The notes under the pieces: model-generated
What the model was told of the DNA's origin: nothing
The model's input: only the letters and a program-made list of their open reading frames with translations
The model's database searches: none
Shown here: piece after piece, positions 20,758-34,668 of the stretch
Position numbering within the stretch: the stretch's first letter is position 1
Layout: every line of letters begins with the position of its first letter
NCBI GenBank assembly: GCA_002256025.1
Contig: NKIB01012322.1
Span: 1-64,000, forward strand
Length of the DNA: 64,000 nucleotides
Direction of reading: 5' to 3'
Source: Asterionella formosa
Lineage: Eukaryota
Position numbers and translations under genes: made by a program

Positions 20758-23095
20758 CCAGTAGCTAAAAACTGGTGCTGTGACCCACTAAAAAGAATTT
20801 GGAACTGTTGTGAAGCACGACTGAACAGGAGAAAACACGGCCGGTTTGCCCCCACCAAATTCCAATATGTTCATTTTAAAACTTTGACCTAAATACCGAG
20901 AATGTACGCTTTAAGGCTATACCATTAGATTTAATTTTATAGCAGTTGGTTTGTCCTAAAATGTTGATTAAAAAGTGTAATCAACGAAAATATGATTGCC
21001 AGAACACGGATTACCCGATGTCTTGAGAAATAATTGTTATATGATATATGCAGTTATTAACAAAAATATAGCATTCGATTTATTTGTTGCCTGATTCGTG
21101 TCATATCACTATCCCTGTCACCTGTTATTGCCTAAGTAACTTGAGCATTCATAAATTGGCGCGCCAAGGTAGACTCACATACCATCATCCCCCACCATCA
21201 TCTAAGCCGCAAAATATGCCACTTTTCGAAATTTAATTTACGTAGGAGTGTTAATGATGGGGTACTTGACATGAATTAATGCCACTCTTCCAGTAAAAAA
21301 GGTTGCTTTTAACGTTTTCATGTGAAGTTTTCACAATGAACTTTGAACTCAAGACTGAATTAGTTGATGTTTCAAATAATTCATTTCAAAGTTCAACTAA
21401 TATCCTGCTCTCGTGGCTAATTCATTTACTACACGCATCTTTATTTGTGAAATAGTAAGGATATTTGTGCTGTCTTATTTCATGCATGGGCAATCTACAG
21501 TTTATAGTTGTGCACTTCATGTAAATAATATGAACTATTATAGTGAACAAGACTTCTCTTCGAGGTTTTCATGTGATGGTTCAGAATCATACAGTGATTT
21601 CCAAGACAAAACTAGTTGATGTTACAACTAGATATTTAAAAAATCAAGATAAAATTGATTTCTTAGAGGATAAATCATTGCGAAAGACAACTCAAGTAAT
21701 GTGTGGTATATATGCCGAGAAGGTATGAATTGGCCAAGAAATGACAGTGAAAAGAGTTTTCGCCATCATCATGCACCAAATTGATGCAACCATAAACATC
21801 GCCGCTGTAGGCTGAAGTAAGTGCGCATTGTCAATGTAAAATTGACAAATTGAACTCGCACTACGCCAAAGCAACGCCGACTCTAGAGAGTGTCCTTCAG
21901 TGCTTATCAGAAGCACTCATGCGACGATAGCTAACCAAGTTAAGTACTGGTACAAGCACCCCAAGTGCGTGTTGTTATCTTGCGCTGTGTCGTGCTGGCT
22001 CAGTTGTTCTACCCCTTGGCGATTTTTTCCCTCAAATACTCCATCCGTACTCACGATTGGTAGATTAATTATCACAGTGAGGATTGCAGTCATCGGATGC
22101 ACGCTTAGTCAAAGTGGCCCTGCTGCAGAATTCAAATCTTTCCATTCTGAAACCAGGTTACAACAACTTGGGCAACGAAGATATGTTTTAAAATGTTGGC
22201 TGTCGGGATTTCAGCACACCGCGCTTTGGGATTGTTGGATCTTGGATTCAACCAAGTCGGCGATGATGGGACTAGATCATAGGCATGTGCTTTGATTGGA
22301 TCTGCCTTGCATATGCTCTACTTGGCAGGGAATCACATGCGGGAAGAAGGAGGACCATGGCATTGGCTGATGCTGGGATCAGGAGAGGGTGCGCTGTGAC
22401 CAAACTGTATTTGACTGGAAACCGATTAGGGCCAGATGGAGTGAAATCAGTAATAGAAGCCATTCTAGAAGATGAGCTGAGAAGGAGAAAAACGTCTTAT
22501 GGACTCAATGACACTCAGGCAAAATTTCTTGGCAAGATGCTTTGATACTTATTGCCATAGTGGAGAGAAGGATTCTTTATATCCACTTCAACCTTGCTCT
22601 TGATATTGTGCTGGTTGGAGGGCAGGAGCTGAGGGATGAGAACAATGGTACAGTGGCTTTGTTAATGGGCACAACCATTTTATGTGGCTGAATGCTTTGG
22701 TGTCATACCAGTATATTTGTGTGGTGAGTATGGTATATATATTACTCATGTTAAATCCGGATGCGAAAATTCTTTTAAAATTTTTTAGCGAAAGCCGAAC
22801 AGGGTTATCCATGATCGAAATGGAAATGGTATATAAAATTATATGCAATTATGGATATAAATTTAAGAACTGGTTGCTGTGACCCATTACCAGCAAATTA
22901 TGCCCACCTAGAAGAAGGGATCATATCTCAGGTCCTTGACCTTCCTCAATGAGAATATTGACCCACCCACAACATGCTGGCACCTTTGGTTAACATGACC
23001 TAGAAGTTTGTTTCTCGCAAAGCAAAGAATAATTCTAGTCAAATAATCAAACCAATAGGAGAATTCAGGAGTGGGTCACAGCAGTTTCTTACTGG
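20758..23095. mobile_element. non-autonomous pogo-family TIR element (~2.3 kb) carrying a gene fragment
   Basis: Left end TA|CCAGTAGCTAAAAACTGGTGCTGTGACCCACT; right end AGTGGGTCACAGCAGTTTCTTACTGG. 22745-23095 aligns with 51945-52269. Confidence 0.7.
22196..22500 (+). pseudogene. leucine-rich-repeat (RI-like) gene fragment inside the TIR element
   Basis: LAVGISAHRALGLLDLGFNQVGDDG and AVTKLYLTGNRLGPDGVKSVIEAI fit LxxLxLxxNxxGxxG; interrupted by a stop/frameshift. Confidence 0.65.
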
Positions 23096-24748
23096 TGGTA
23101 TCAGTACCTGGTACCACATGAAAACTGTAAGCAACTGCTATGACGACTTTTGAACTGTCAGCCACTGCTAAATGGAGTAAACGCACGGTTTGAACTTAGT
23201 TTGCAAGATACGTTAATTATTGTCACAAAGGAGCTGTTCAGATTTAAATAGCAAGTAAATACTTACGTACTTCTATAGTTGCATTGTGTAAGCTGCTAAA
23301 TACTTCTTATGGCTCAAAGGTTGCTGTCAACAAGAAATTGCGAAAAATGGATATTTTCACGTTTACTCTATTGAGTTGGTATCGCCTTTTCTATACGTGT
23401 ATTATGTGTAAGGATAATAATGTTCTTCCTAGCAGAGGAATATTGCAGCATACCTCTGATAAAGTCACTCAATGGTGAACATCAACAGTAGTATGTTGGA
23501 TGTTACGTATGTCCAATATGTATGTATGTTCCAGTACTAGAATATATGGATTTATGACAGACAGTATACTGCTACCAGCAGTGTGCAGACCCAACAAGGA
23601 ATGCAATAAATTTATAGAGCACATTAGTAGAAGTAAACAATTGGTAACTGTATTTCTCTGTGTCCGGTGGCATATACTTTCGTCGTGAAATGTTCAGCGC
23701 TTGTTTATATTTGCTTACTTCCGATCGAATTAATTTAGTATAATTAAATGTGTGTTACGAGGTCATTATGCTTTCGAATACACTACTATGGGTCAGAAGA
23801 ATTTGGTGTTGATGCAAGCGCCAAAAGCACATTGTATAACAGGTACAGTGATACAAAACGAATTTCCGTAATATAAACAGAGTAAAAATAATCACGGTTT
23901 GGGTGGAAAATAAATTCATTGTAACTTATTCGTTGAATAGAGGGCATCGTCTAAAAACATACACTTCCCTACTTGCATCAGATTTCGTTTTAATAAATTA
24001 CTTCAATATTTTCAGTCGGAGGATGGAGTAGAATAACGGTGGCTTCCAGTTTTAAGTCTTATTATGGTACCAGGGTACCCGGGTATCTGTCGGAGTTGTG
24101 GTAAAAGACGGTTCTTACTACAAGGAAAGCAAAGCTAAATTTATTATTACCGTATCTTGCTCTGGTACAACCTCTTGGTACTTGGTGGTACCATGTACCA
24201 GGTAGCTGGTACCACGCACTACATACTGATTCTGACTGACGCTTGTTCGTTTTGTTAACAATCATCATTGGATGACGTTTTGTTGGCGGTGTCGTTTTTG
24301 CTCATGTACTCAGGAGTCCGGAGTACAGTACGGTACCGGACCTGGTACCCTGGTATACTACTTATGATTTTTTTGTTGAGAACTACCGGTAGACCGGTCG
24401 TATGTTCGTACATAGCATACAGGAGTCGGCCGTATTACTCTCGCGTGGAAATAACTTCGGGTAACTGCTACCTAGAACTACTACGTACTACCGGTATTCT
24501 GGTATACGACATCCCATCATGTCGTAGGATATGCATAATGTAGAGTACCTGGTACCATGTACCTGTTTCCCTGGTACACTGGTACCTGGTAGCATTTGCT
24601 TCAAACAAGCAGGAGCATCCTCATGCCGTGAGGAAGGGGAGAAGAACACCATGCATCATGGGTGATGCACGAGAATCTGTGTATGGATGTTACATATGTG
24701 ACAACAACTTCTTTCATCGTCATGTCCTTTCCTCTTTGCTGATTTACA

Positions 24749-25903
24749 ATGCCGATATTTTCTTCTCTCCAGTCTCGTCCCTCATTGCGGGTGACTGCCT
24801 TGGTCGCTAGATGCCAAAGCACTGCAAGGCCGACCAAAAAGACAAACAACAAGAAAACCGCGGAATCTTCCAAAATAGAAACTAATATAGCCCCTGAAGT
24901 GGATGTCGCACCGAAAGTTCCGGCAACGTTAGAGGCTACTTTGGACTCTAAATATCCTTCATATGCAGGCACAACTGATGCGAGTAAATTGTACAAGGAT
25001 TTCAAGAAAGCCAAAGAGTTCACGCAGCTATTTAACTTTGGGGTGCCGATTCTGACCCCTCCCGTTCCTCGCGATAAGGACGAATTCACTCCATTTTGGG
25101 GTGCACGTGGGGTAACGTACCGTTTATCTCAGACCTTACCTACCTTAAATGCGGCAGCCATCCTGGATCCGAGAGGATACTGCCAAAACTCTGCGTCAGC
25201 AGCAACAAGTAAAAGCGGAACTGATGCTGCGAAGCGCCTACTACGAGGGAAGGACGAATTGATCAATGTCATGAAGCAGGAACTAAACAAGAATCGGCGG
25301 CCTTCGTCCTATTTACTCAAAGGGCATGGTATTCCGGAACAGCTACTTCAAAATCACCTCAATTTAGCTGACACTTTGCTGAGAACTCATAGAAACGCTC
25401 GACTTCTGTCCTTCAACAACACCACGGGTGACCTTTCCTTTGATGTGTTGCGCATCCGAGCAAGGGACGGCGGCAACACACATGCATCGTGGGATCAAGA
25501 CAGCATTGACGAATGCATTGATATGGAATTGTATCTGACGGTCATGAACAGATTAGCAAATCACCTCAGTGAATGCTTGAATTGGAACAATCCTCCTCCT
25601 GTAGCGTGTGATCTTGAAAATGATGATTTTACTCCTACCCCTATGCGTACTTCGCCGCGTCCTCGTCGTTGGAATGTGGACATTTTGCGAGGGTCTGTAT
25701 TTCCAAATATGGAAGAGGAACTGACCCCCATAATTGAATGGACGCCGCGGGAAGGATCACTGGCGCCTGGCCATGTGTGTATTCGCCTTCAGGGAGCACC
25801 GAACTACACTGGCGAATCGCTACGTCGCAAGAAGAAGTCGCCGGTGACTTTGGTATTCGATGCATGTTATCGAAATGACGAGTGTCCCAATCTAGCTAGA
25901 TAA
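24749..25903 (+). CDS. hypothetical protein with basic, Ser/Arg-rich N-terminus (possible mitochondrial presequence)
   Basis: 384-aa intact ORF with gene-like composition; no confident family motif. Confidence 0.7.
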   Translation: MPIFSSLQSRPSLRVTALVARCQSTARPTKKTNNKKTAESSKIETNIAPEVDVAPKVPATLEATLDSKYPSYAGTTDASKLYKDFKKAKEFTQLFNFGVPILTPPVPRDKDEFTPFWGARGVTYRLSQTLPTLNAAAILDPRGYCQNSASAATSKSGTDAAKRLLRGKDELINVMKQELNKNRRPSSYLLKGHGIPEQLLQNHLNLADTLLRTHRNARLLSFNNTTGDLSFDVLRIRARDGGNTHASWDQDSIDECIDMELYLTVMNRLANHLSECLNWNNPPPVACDLENDDFTPTPMRTSPRPRRWNVDILRGSVFPNMEEELTPIIEWTPREGSLAPGHVCIRLQGAPNYTGESLRRKKKSPVTLVFDACYRNDECPNLAR

Positions 25904-26949
25904 GGAAAACCAACCATGTGGCCCTGTTGCACAACTAGGCAAGATTTTCGAAAACTGAATATTGCGCAACTCCCATCATGAACATTGCGCAGTGTTGAGC
26001 AATTATGATTAGCATTGATTCACAACATTGAAAAATGGAGCGCATTAGCAATTTGCTTGATAATGGACAACTTGCTTTTCATGTGAGTCTGAGGATGTAT
26101 TAAAGTAGTGATAGTTTAGGAGTGTTAATTGTCAATGTGCAAGTTGATTGACTGCACAATTGAGGATGGTTCCTGCATTTAAAACCCTACAAAAGAAAAA
26201 TTAAAACATTGCTTAGGGATGCCGAAATTCCTTGGAACTGAGAGTTTTTAGGAGGTAGCTAGATGTAATTTTGAATGATTTCATTTGATATATTTAAACC
26301 TGTAGAAATTGGCTTATAAGCATGTAGATTCCTTCTCCAAGTTGCTAAATATATATACCAGTATATATGTATTTACCGGTAAATACATTCTGCATTGCTC
26401 CATGTATATGCACTCAAAAGTGAAAAGCAACAATCATTTTATGACATACAAGCCGGCAGTGTGGGGCACCAAATATCGGTTGATGATTCAGAAAAAAATG
26501 TAACAATCAACCATGAGTGAAATAAAACATCATCATGACAACAACCATGATCGCCAATTCAACTAGTACAGTCATGATATATGTCCTACATGAAAAAACC
26601 GGTTGATTGAAGAGTCGGAAGTGGAGGGATGTGAGGATCACATCTTCTGTGAATACTGTGATTTTTGTTGCCCTGAACAAGATTTGCAAAAGTTGTGTCA
26701 ATTCATTTGTCAAAGAATATTGTAATCAAACTTTTCATGATTTTTAACTTACCTTCATGGCAACAGCGCCTATCACATTATCATGGAACAGAAATGCGAA
26801 TCTTTTTTGGTCGAACAGGCGCACCTTGTTAGAAACCGAAACAAAATAAACCTTGATTGTTGTGTCTTCAGAAAACGTCGGGTTGGCAAACAAAATAAAA
26901 ATTACCTGCTTGACCTGCCAGAATGATTGCTAAACTCGAATCTGCAACA

Positions 26950-28110
26950 AGAATCAACAACACTGATGACCATATCATAGTGAATTAATAAATAAGAAAA
27001 TAGAAGGAAAACACGCACTTTTCAATCAACAAACAGTTTATTCTGGACTGTCACAAAGCCGGAATAGGATCTGGTGATGCAGACATTGTTTATTGATACG
27101 CCATGAACTTATCAATTGCATTTGGATTTTGTTACATCCAAACAAAGTTATTTCACTTCCATAGACAAGCTGGTTGACAAGGCGGAAGTGGCAAGCACAG
27201 CTCTTGCTATGGAAGAGGCTTGTCGGTAAGAATTTATATCAAACACCAATATGCATTAACGAGGCGATTGGGCTGAAAAAGGACGAGGTTTACATTGGTG
27301 AAACAGGCTACCTGGTACAGACCACTTGTCCTTAATAAATATTCAACAACTCACCATTTTTTATAATATGGGCTGGCAACAGCGAGCCAGTGATAAGTAC
27401 AACTCTGCAAGTGGACATGCGTTTTGTATTGGTGGCTGCATAAGAAAGAAACTAGACTATCGAGTAAAATCGAGAGTCGGTAATGTGTTCAACAGAGCTA
27501 TCTGGTACAAGAAACCAATTAAGCAGCATTCTTGCCCCAAAAATCATGTAACTGGAAGTTCAAAGGAAATGGATCCAGATGCAGGTGTGGAAAGTATGGT
27601 TGATGCAGATTCATGTACACTGTTATCCATTCTACAATCATCTGTGATAATGATTCATCTATTAGAGCTTTTTCAAAATGGTCCTATAAAGAATTATCAA
27701 ATCTATAGCCTGAGTTTCAATGGCCAAGAACACTGAAAGGAAAAAACCCGAGAAATGATGCCTTCCACTAAATGTTCCAGAACCAAGGTTTCTTTCCGAT
27801 CCATCTCACAAGGTCCGCATTCTCCTTCTCCCTACCTTCCTGAAACCCGATGGCCCAGTTTGTTTAGAATGCTATTCAAAATCAGATTGTCTCCGACTAA
27901 AGATTTATTACAGCGGCTGCCTAGATGAAGAAAAACCAGAACCTCTCTGACTGAATTCACTGAATCATCCAAGTAGACCGCACCAATCAACCACTTGTTT
28001 GGCTGCCATCATGACTATTGTTCTGAGAAATGGTGTCTTGTAAAATCACAAAAAAATGTGAGCAATGGAATATATCACTGCATGAAAATGGAAAGTGAAT
28101 TTTTTGATTG
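26950..28110 (+). pseudogene. degenerate Mutator-like transposase
   Basis: Across frames: INKQFILDCHKAGIGSGDAD, NMGWQQRASDKYNSASGHAFCIG, HSCPKNHVTGSSKEMDPDA, ICDNDSSIRA, EPRFLSDPSHKVR. Multiple stops and frameshifts. Confidence 0.7.
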
Positions 28111-29380
28111 GTAAATTTTGAATGTTGTAACAAAAGTAGAAGGCGAAAGCTGCTCTAATTGGCAGGATCTGGTGGCCTTCAACTCGAAAACGCTGTTTAC
28201 GGCACTTATTCGAATTTATGTCTAAAGTTAAGTATTTATGTTACTTTTCTAAAATATTAGGTCACTTTTTTGGATTTTTTTGTGTCAAACCATAATTTAT
28301 ATGTACTAAAACAAAATTTATTTCACTTATCGAATAATTATGTGTTCAAACCAATAATTATGTGTATTAGCAAAAACATTTTTTACTAACTAGCTATCAC
28401 GCTGACAGTATAATGTCAATCCCCAACCTAGCTACTGTCGTGCTGTTCGATGAGAGCTGTAGGTGTCTAAGAAAATTTTGGTATCTCTAAGTAGTTTTAC
28501 TTGTATCTCTAAGTAGTTTAATTTAGGGGCAAATATAGGGGCACAGTGGATTTTTCGGCAGTTCAATTTTAGGTTTGAGCAGGGACCATAAAGCAATGTC
28601 AGGAGAAGAATTTTAATGCAGGAAGAAAATTTTAGAAATCAAGCAATAGATGGCCCATCAAGAAAAAGTACTAGATGCCACATCAAAATTGAACGGACCA
28701 CTGAATACTGGTTGTTATCTGCATGAAAAATGGTCATACAAAAATGATTTTAACAAGCATCAAAAATTTCGACACGATGTTGCTAAACAACCAAAGTATG
28801 AAGCAGAAATCGAAAGGTAATGCGTGACAATGACAAGTAGGGAGAATAAAAAGTGAAAAAGAAAATGGTTCAGTGGAAAAATGGTGCTGATGTGAAAAAT
28901 TGTCAATGCATTTTCATTAACCATTGTCAACTCACACATTTTTGTCGTAGCAACGAAATTTCAGAAATGTTCAGTTCGGGCCTGGAGGAGCAGAAACCGA
29001 TGCATGAATTGATTTTGAGGGAGTGCTGGATTGTGGAGGAGTAGGTGTTGTTGTTGGATGAGCAACAGCTTGATAGTGGTAGGTTTGGTGGTGAAGGTGC
29101 AGACTGCTGGTATTATCCGGCAGGAGGAGGAGCAGGATCCGTCGAAAAATATATTGGCTGATTTCTGCGGTGGTGGCTTGGTATCATTAGAAGGACAGGT
29201 TTGAGAAGGATGATAGGGAGCAATTGAGGGATATGTTGTTGGTGCTGGCGGACATGTGTTTCCGACATAGTTTGCATCCTGGTGACTTTGCAATCTTGGT
29301 GTTTATATTAAAGGTGGCTTGTTATGATTGGAAAACAAGAATGAAATAATGGAAGTTTGCATATATTATACCTCGTAAAA

Positions 29381-29408
29381 ACAACAACAACAACAACAAC
29401 AACAACAA
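29381..29408 (+). repeat. (CAA)n microsatellite
   Basis: About nine ACA/CAA units in tandem. Confidence 0.9.
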
Positions 29409-32400
29409 TCAACTGGCAACATACCTCACCTCATTGTACAAGCTGGTTCGACTTGTGGATAGTCTTTTGTTGACTTCGACAGGAAGAGGAGGAGGAGTAT
29501 GACAGATTGCTTTCATCAACATTCTAAAGAGAAATAATTATGTATTATAATTAGTATGCTCAACCATGGTGGTAACAAGTCAAACATATAACAACAATCA
29601 ACATGCGCATACCTATCCTCTTAAGAACACCGTTTTCATCAGCCATGTTCTGGCTGCTTTGCTGATTTCGAGATAACTCATTGAGATTGACGACTTTTTG
29701 TTGTCATTGTAGATGATTATACAGAAGTAACAACAGTAATATTGTGATTAGAAACAATGAAGAGAACGACGCTTTGCTATTTGGTACGTAAAAGCATGAC
29801 ATAGACAATACAATTGTACAAGAAAGAATTTTTTTAATTATTAATATTGACAAAAAAGGGAAGTCATTATTTTCATCTTGGTCAAGGCTGAGATGACATG
29901 ATGCAGAATTCTCTAGCCTTTCAGAACGATTACACTGTAGTCATTCATATATAGAAACAAATCACAACATCTGGTAGGCTAAATAATTACATACTAGCTA
30001 GCATCGCTCTTCAAAGGCTACTTTGGGTATCTGATACCCTGAGCATATCATATATCCCAGCTATAGTAGTAAGTGATATGTGATACTATATGATATTTAG
30101 CGGTACCCTGGTGGTACTAGGCTATTGCATCAGGCATTTGTGACAATGACTGTGACCATGTATAGTAAAAAATTGACAATTAAATTTTATAGTCTTTTAA
30201 ACGTTGTTTCCAAGGGAATGGCTTATGGTAGTTAGTTGAGCACATTGCTGTTGATCTGAAATTGTGTGGTTTGATTCCCGCAATCTTTTTGAGAAGGAAT
30301 TGTTGGGCTTGACTCCTCCCACACTCCTAACCATCCTGCATGGTCTTGCCTGGTGTGCAAGAAATAGTAGTGGGCTTGCCCTCTACATCACAATTCTTCC
30401 ATTAAAGTGTAGCCACTTGTTTGCAGGGAGGCAGCTCAAGAATTTTTGAGTATCACTAAAGGCTTTGTTGATGAGGTACATTAGCTACATGGAGACAAGC
30501 AAATGTTGGCTAGTATTCGAAAGAAGCAAACAATCTTTTTCTACCACTTTTTGATTATGAAACTGCACATGATGCAGCATTGGAAATGTGCAAGGCTATC
30601 TTGTAGCTGTAAACAATACCTGGTCAATGATGGAGTTGATTGACAGGTGTGTAGGCAGGGCTGGAGTAGGAGTTGCCACATCCAAAAGGGGAACTTCTAT
30701 TTCAACTCTCCATACAGCTGGCCTGCTACCTTGGCATGTTCCTCTTGGAATACATAGAGCACGCGCATCTTTCGATGCAACAGCCAAATCGTCCATGGCA
30801 GCCGCATTCTTCGCAAATTTCTTGTTCGCCTCTGGATTTTGTTGGTTGTTGCGAGGGAGGAAGTAGAATGTAACTGTCAGACACTGCTGCTTGTTGATTA
30901 CTTACATACCATTGCAAGCTTTACTGTGGTCTCCTTGATCTTTTGATTGCCGTACCGCCCAAATGCTACTTTGGCTGTTTGCTCCTCCGCCAATCGATGA
31001 GCATCAGCCACTCGAAATGCATCAATTTTGCTTCATTCAATTTACTTCAAACTCCTTCTTTCTGTCAGAGTAAAAACGTCAAAACAGCGCTTGCACAACC
31101 AATTGGGGCTCATTTGAAGCAAAGCTAACAATGTGCAATCATGGGGTCATGGAGAGCATGTATATCAGGGACACCATGGCGTTGACAGCTCACGTTGCTC
31201 TGGTCATCCTCAGTCGATTATATGAGGACGAATTTGAAGGTTTGTATGTTTATAAATTGTATGCATTTTATACTGTTATAAATATATATATATATTCAAA
31301 TACCTATATTTGATCGGCTGAGAAGAATTCTGGACATACCTGCAAAATGTAGAATCTACGCTATGTCAGACTCAGACCAACCACAGATATATTTCCAGGT
31401 ACAAGTACCTGGTACCTGGAGTAGGTACCAGGGGCAACCAGATACACAATCATGCCCTGAACAATTCTATAATCACTCATCACTTCAGTTCTACCGGACA
31501 AAGTACCAGGATTCTGTGTACCTCCACCGAACAATCGTCCGGTATTTGAGAAAATGATAAGACTACCTGGTACTGTTGATCATCAAGATAAACACGGTGA
31601 AGCTAAGATAGTGATTTTCAGTAACATCACCTTCATGGCGTTCTCCCGGATGATTGTCCGGTACCTGCCTGCTATTAGATTGTAGTAGCATCCAACCAAA
31701 GGCTAAATTAATTTATGGAATCCTTGTGTTGTGTACACGGATCAGTTTTTCGTGAGTTCAAGTGTGTTTGAAAGAATTTGAGACATGCATCACGATCAAC
31801 ACACTTACTTACACACCAGCATGGCATCATTGTTCCATCATTTCATTGCTGCAAGACTTGATGGCTACCCACATTAATCATTCTTTTGGCGAATGCTAAT
31901 TGCGTTGCTTTGGTAGGCCTGCTTGCAGGAAGTCATTGAATAGTTGATGCAGGTTGAAATGCACACCAAACTAAGCAAGTTAAGTAGTAAAGCATGTTTC
32001 AAAATGTCGAAATAATCCTACAAATCAAAAAGGATAGCATGATTTATGGCCCATTCATACTCCCCTATTTGTAGGCAAGTCTTTTATTGTGCTCAAAACA
32101 ACATATTCCATGTGAATTATTATTCATGAGTGATACTTTGTCAAACAAAGGTTGACTCAAGTAAATGATTGCGTACATAATCTGTCAGCTAGTCACCCCA
32201 AATTAGTTTTCGCTTGTTTACTTCCAGACCAAATGAATTTTTATTCTTCATTGTGACCATAGATCTTTTCCAACAACTCAAAACATAACTATGCTGGTCC
32301 TTCTTCATGCAAGTTGTCCTCCATGATGACCTAATTACCTAGCAAATCAAAGCAGTAAATTTTGTATTTTTTGTTCTTTTTGATTTCAGTTAAATCTTAG

Positions 32401-33139
32401 CAGGCCAAAAAATTTCGATCTGAATTGTTTTTTACTGTCATGATGTGAGATCATATCAAACACCGCCTCGAAATAGCATGACACTGATAGTGCTAGCTAG
32501 TAACTCAAAATGCTACGTAGTCGCACGCATTGAGTGTTTTATGTTTAATTCATGCACGATTTCATACATGCATTGTGTGTTCATAATTTGTTGCCGCATT
32601 TCGACATCAAGTATGGCATACGAACGGATTCTGGATTCCGTTCTGTGGTAGACTCGTGTGTAGAATTCATTGTATGTAGCCTGTTCATATCTCATCTACA
32701 TAAATTCGAAGCGTCCGGTAAACCTGAAATGCAACTCATCTTTCTTGTTCCGACCTGGTGGTACTCGAGTGTGCCTGGTACTACTCGAGTGTGCCTGGTG
32801 CAGTACCTGGTACCTGGTGCCTGACAACAAAGAATGGATCACATGACTCAAAATCTTTGGGAATTCATTTGAAGGCAAGAGGTGCACACCGGTGTACATG
32901 TATGTACTGACAATATATCACATAAAAATCAGACCAGAAATTGTGCAAAATTGTACCATCACTCCATCACTCCAATACCTCGAACGACACCAATAAGAAT
33001 GTTCCCATTCGCTCATGTGAATAAGCAGATCCACAACATTTTCCCGTACTCGCGTTCGAATAAGCAGATCCCTAATATCGCAGCCCTGTTGGCGACTGCT
33101 GCAGTGTTTACTGTTGTACTTGATGTCAGAGAAACGCAA

Positions 33140-34213
33140 ATGACAAGGAACAGTCAACATAACGAAGGGAACGATGTATCAACGGAGATTCCTCTCGTAG
33201 CTTCTCATCAAGAACATGGAATGCCTCCACCGGAATATTCACCTCGTGAAGATGAAACGAATTCTTTGTTGAAACTGGCGTGTGGTCTAGTTCTAGGTAC
33301 TGTTGCCATAACAAAGGAACGTTCGAAGACAAAAACTGCTCCCTTGACTATTCCTTGATTGACTCTGACGACGCTCGCCATTCTTTCAATGTCCATGTAT
33401 ACACTCACCATGTAGGTCATGTATTTATAACATATTTAGCTCTCCCTCTGAGGTCAGCAGTCATCCAATACTTGGATCACTGCTGACTTAGATATTTCTT
33501 CCAAGCGATTTCAAATCTGATTCCTTGCCTTTGATGATCCTTGCAAATCACTCTCTTGTGAAAAACTTATCATGTAAAAATAAATTGCATTAATTCTATT
33601 TCAGAACGAATTCGGCAGGTACATTAATTATCCAAACATTTATCTCCATCCCTTGATCACAATGAGATTTTAGGGCAGTACTAACTGGTACAGCTAGCGT
33701 AGTTACAGATTCATAATCTTTGTGCTCCATGGCCCACATAAATAAGGTGGGATAGCAGAACATTTAAGGTAATTATCGTCCCTCCTGTGGGAGTATGGTA
33801 AACAAAGTGTGCTTCTGTGAACTTCCCTGGTGCCTAGTCCTATGGGATTTTATGACTCACGAGGAGGACCTAGGAACTCATGTTTACAAGTGATGGGCGA
33901 AGACATACTACCTCTCTGTCCTTGGATTGATAGACTTGGTTTTGACATATCCATGGATTTTGAATGCAGGAACTTTGATTGTCCTAGAAGTCTCGATAGT
34001 TTTCTGAGCAATGCTGTGACAAAAGGTAGTTGTTCCACAAACATACATAATCGAGCTTTATCGTTTAGTTCCGTTCTGCTTGAGAAGTTTTTGAATTCTT
34101 ATCCTCATCCTCATCTAAGGAGTTTTGAGCAGTCCAAAATGCTCTACATACCATGTATGCCACACGTCTGTGATATTGCTGTTCGCACCCAATTGTTTCT
34201 TGCACCGGTGTGA
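33140..34213 (+). pseudogene. possible decayed gene of unknown family
   Basis: Protein-like start MTRNSQHNEGNDVSTEIPLV... downstream of a TACCTGG cluster. ORF 33830-34213 is in the same frame, but many stops lie between. Confidence 0.25.
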
Positions 34214-34668
34214 TGTTCCCTTCAGCACGTGCTTTCTCTGCTGTTCATTACAGTGCAAAGCTGAGTGCTGGTCTCATTTGTTCTTCATCCAAACATAACT
34301 AGAAGGAGTCTACAAAAAAAAGGTTGCAATTCTATAAATCAAAACCTACTATTGAATATTCAGATGTAGTTAAAGGGAAGTCGGTTAAATGATGACTGAG
34401 AAAAAAGTCCCTTACTCATCGTCCTCACGGAACCTTGAACTGAAAACACCATTTCCGTACACGGTGATTTCACAGCAAGAGGCCGCTACCGGTATATGAT
34501 TTGCTCTCTCCCTTTGTAAGAAATACTGGTTAATTGAGAAGCAATAGATGGGCTCGAAGAATAAAAACGAGCGTCGTTCTTACTCTTCGAGGCCATAAAC
34601 ACTCTTTCCATTCGAAAGCGCTTCCTCCTTGTCTCTTTTCATCCTCCGCTCCACAGCCTTCAAAAGGC

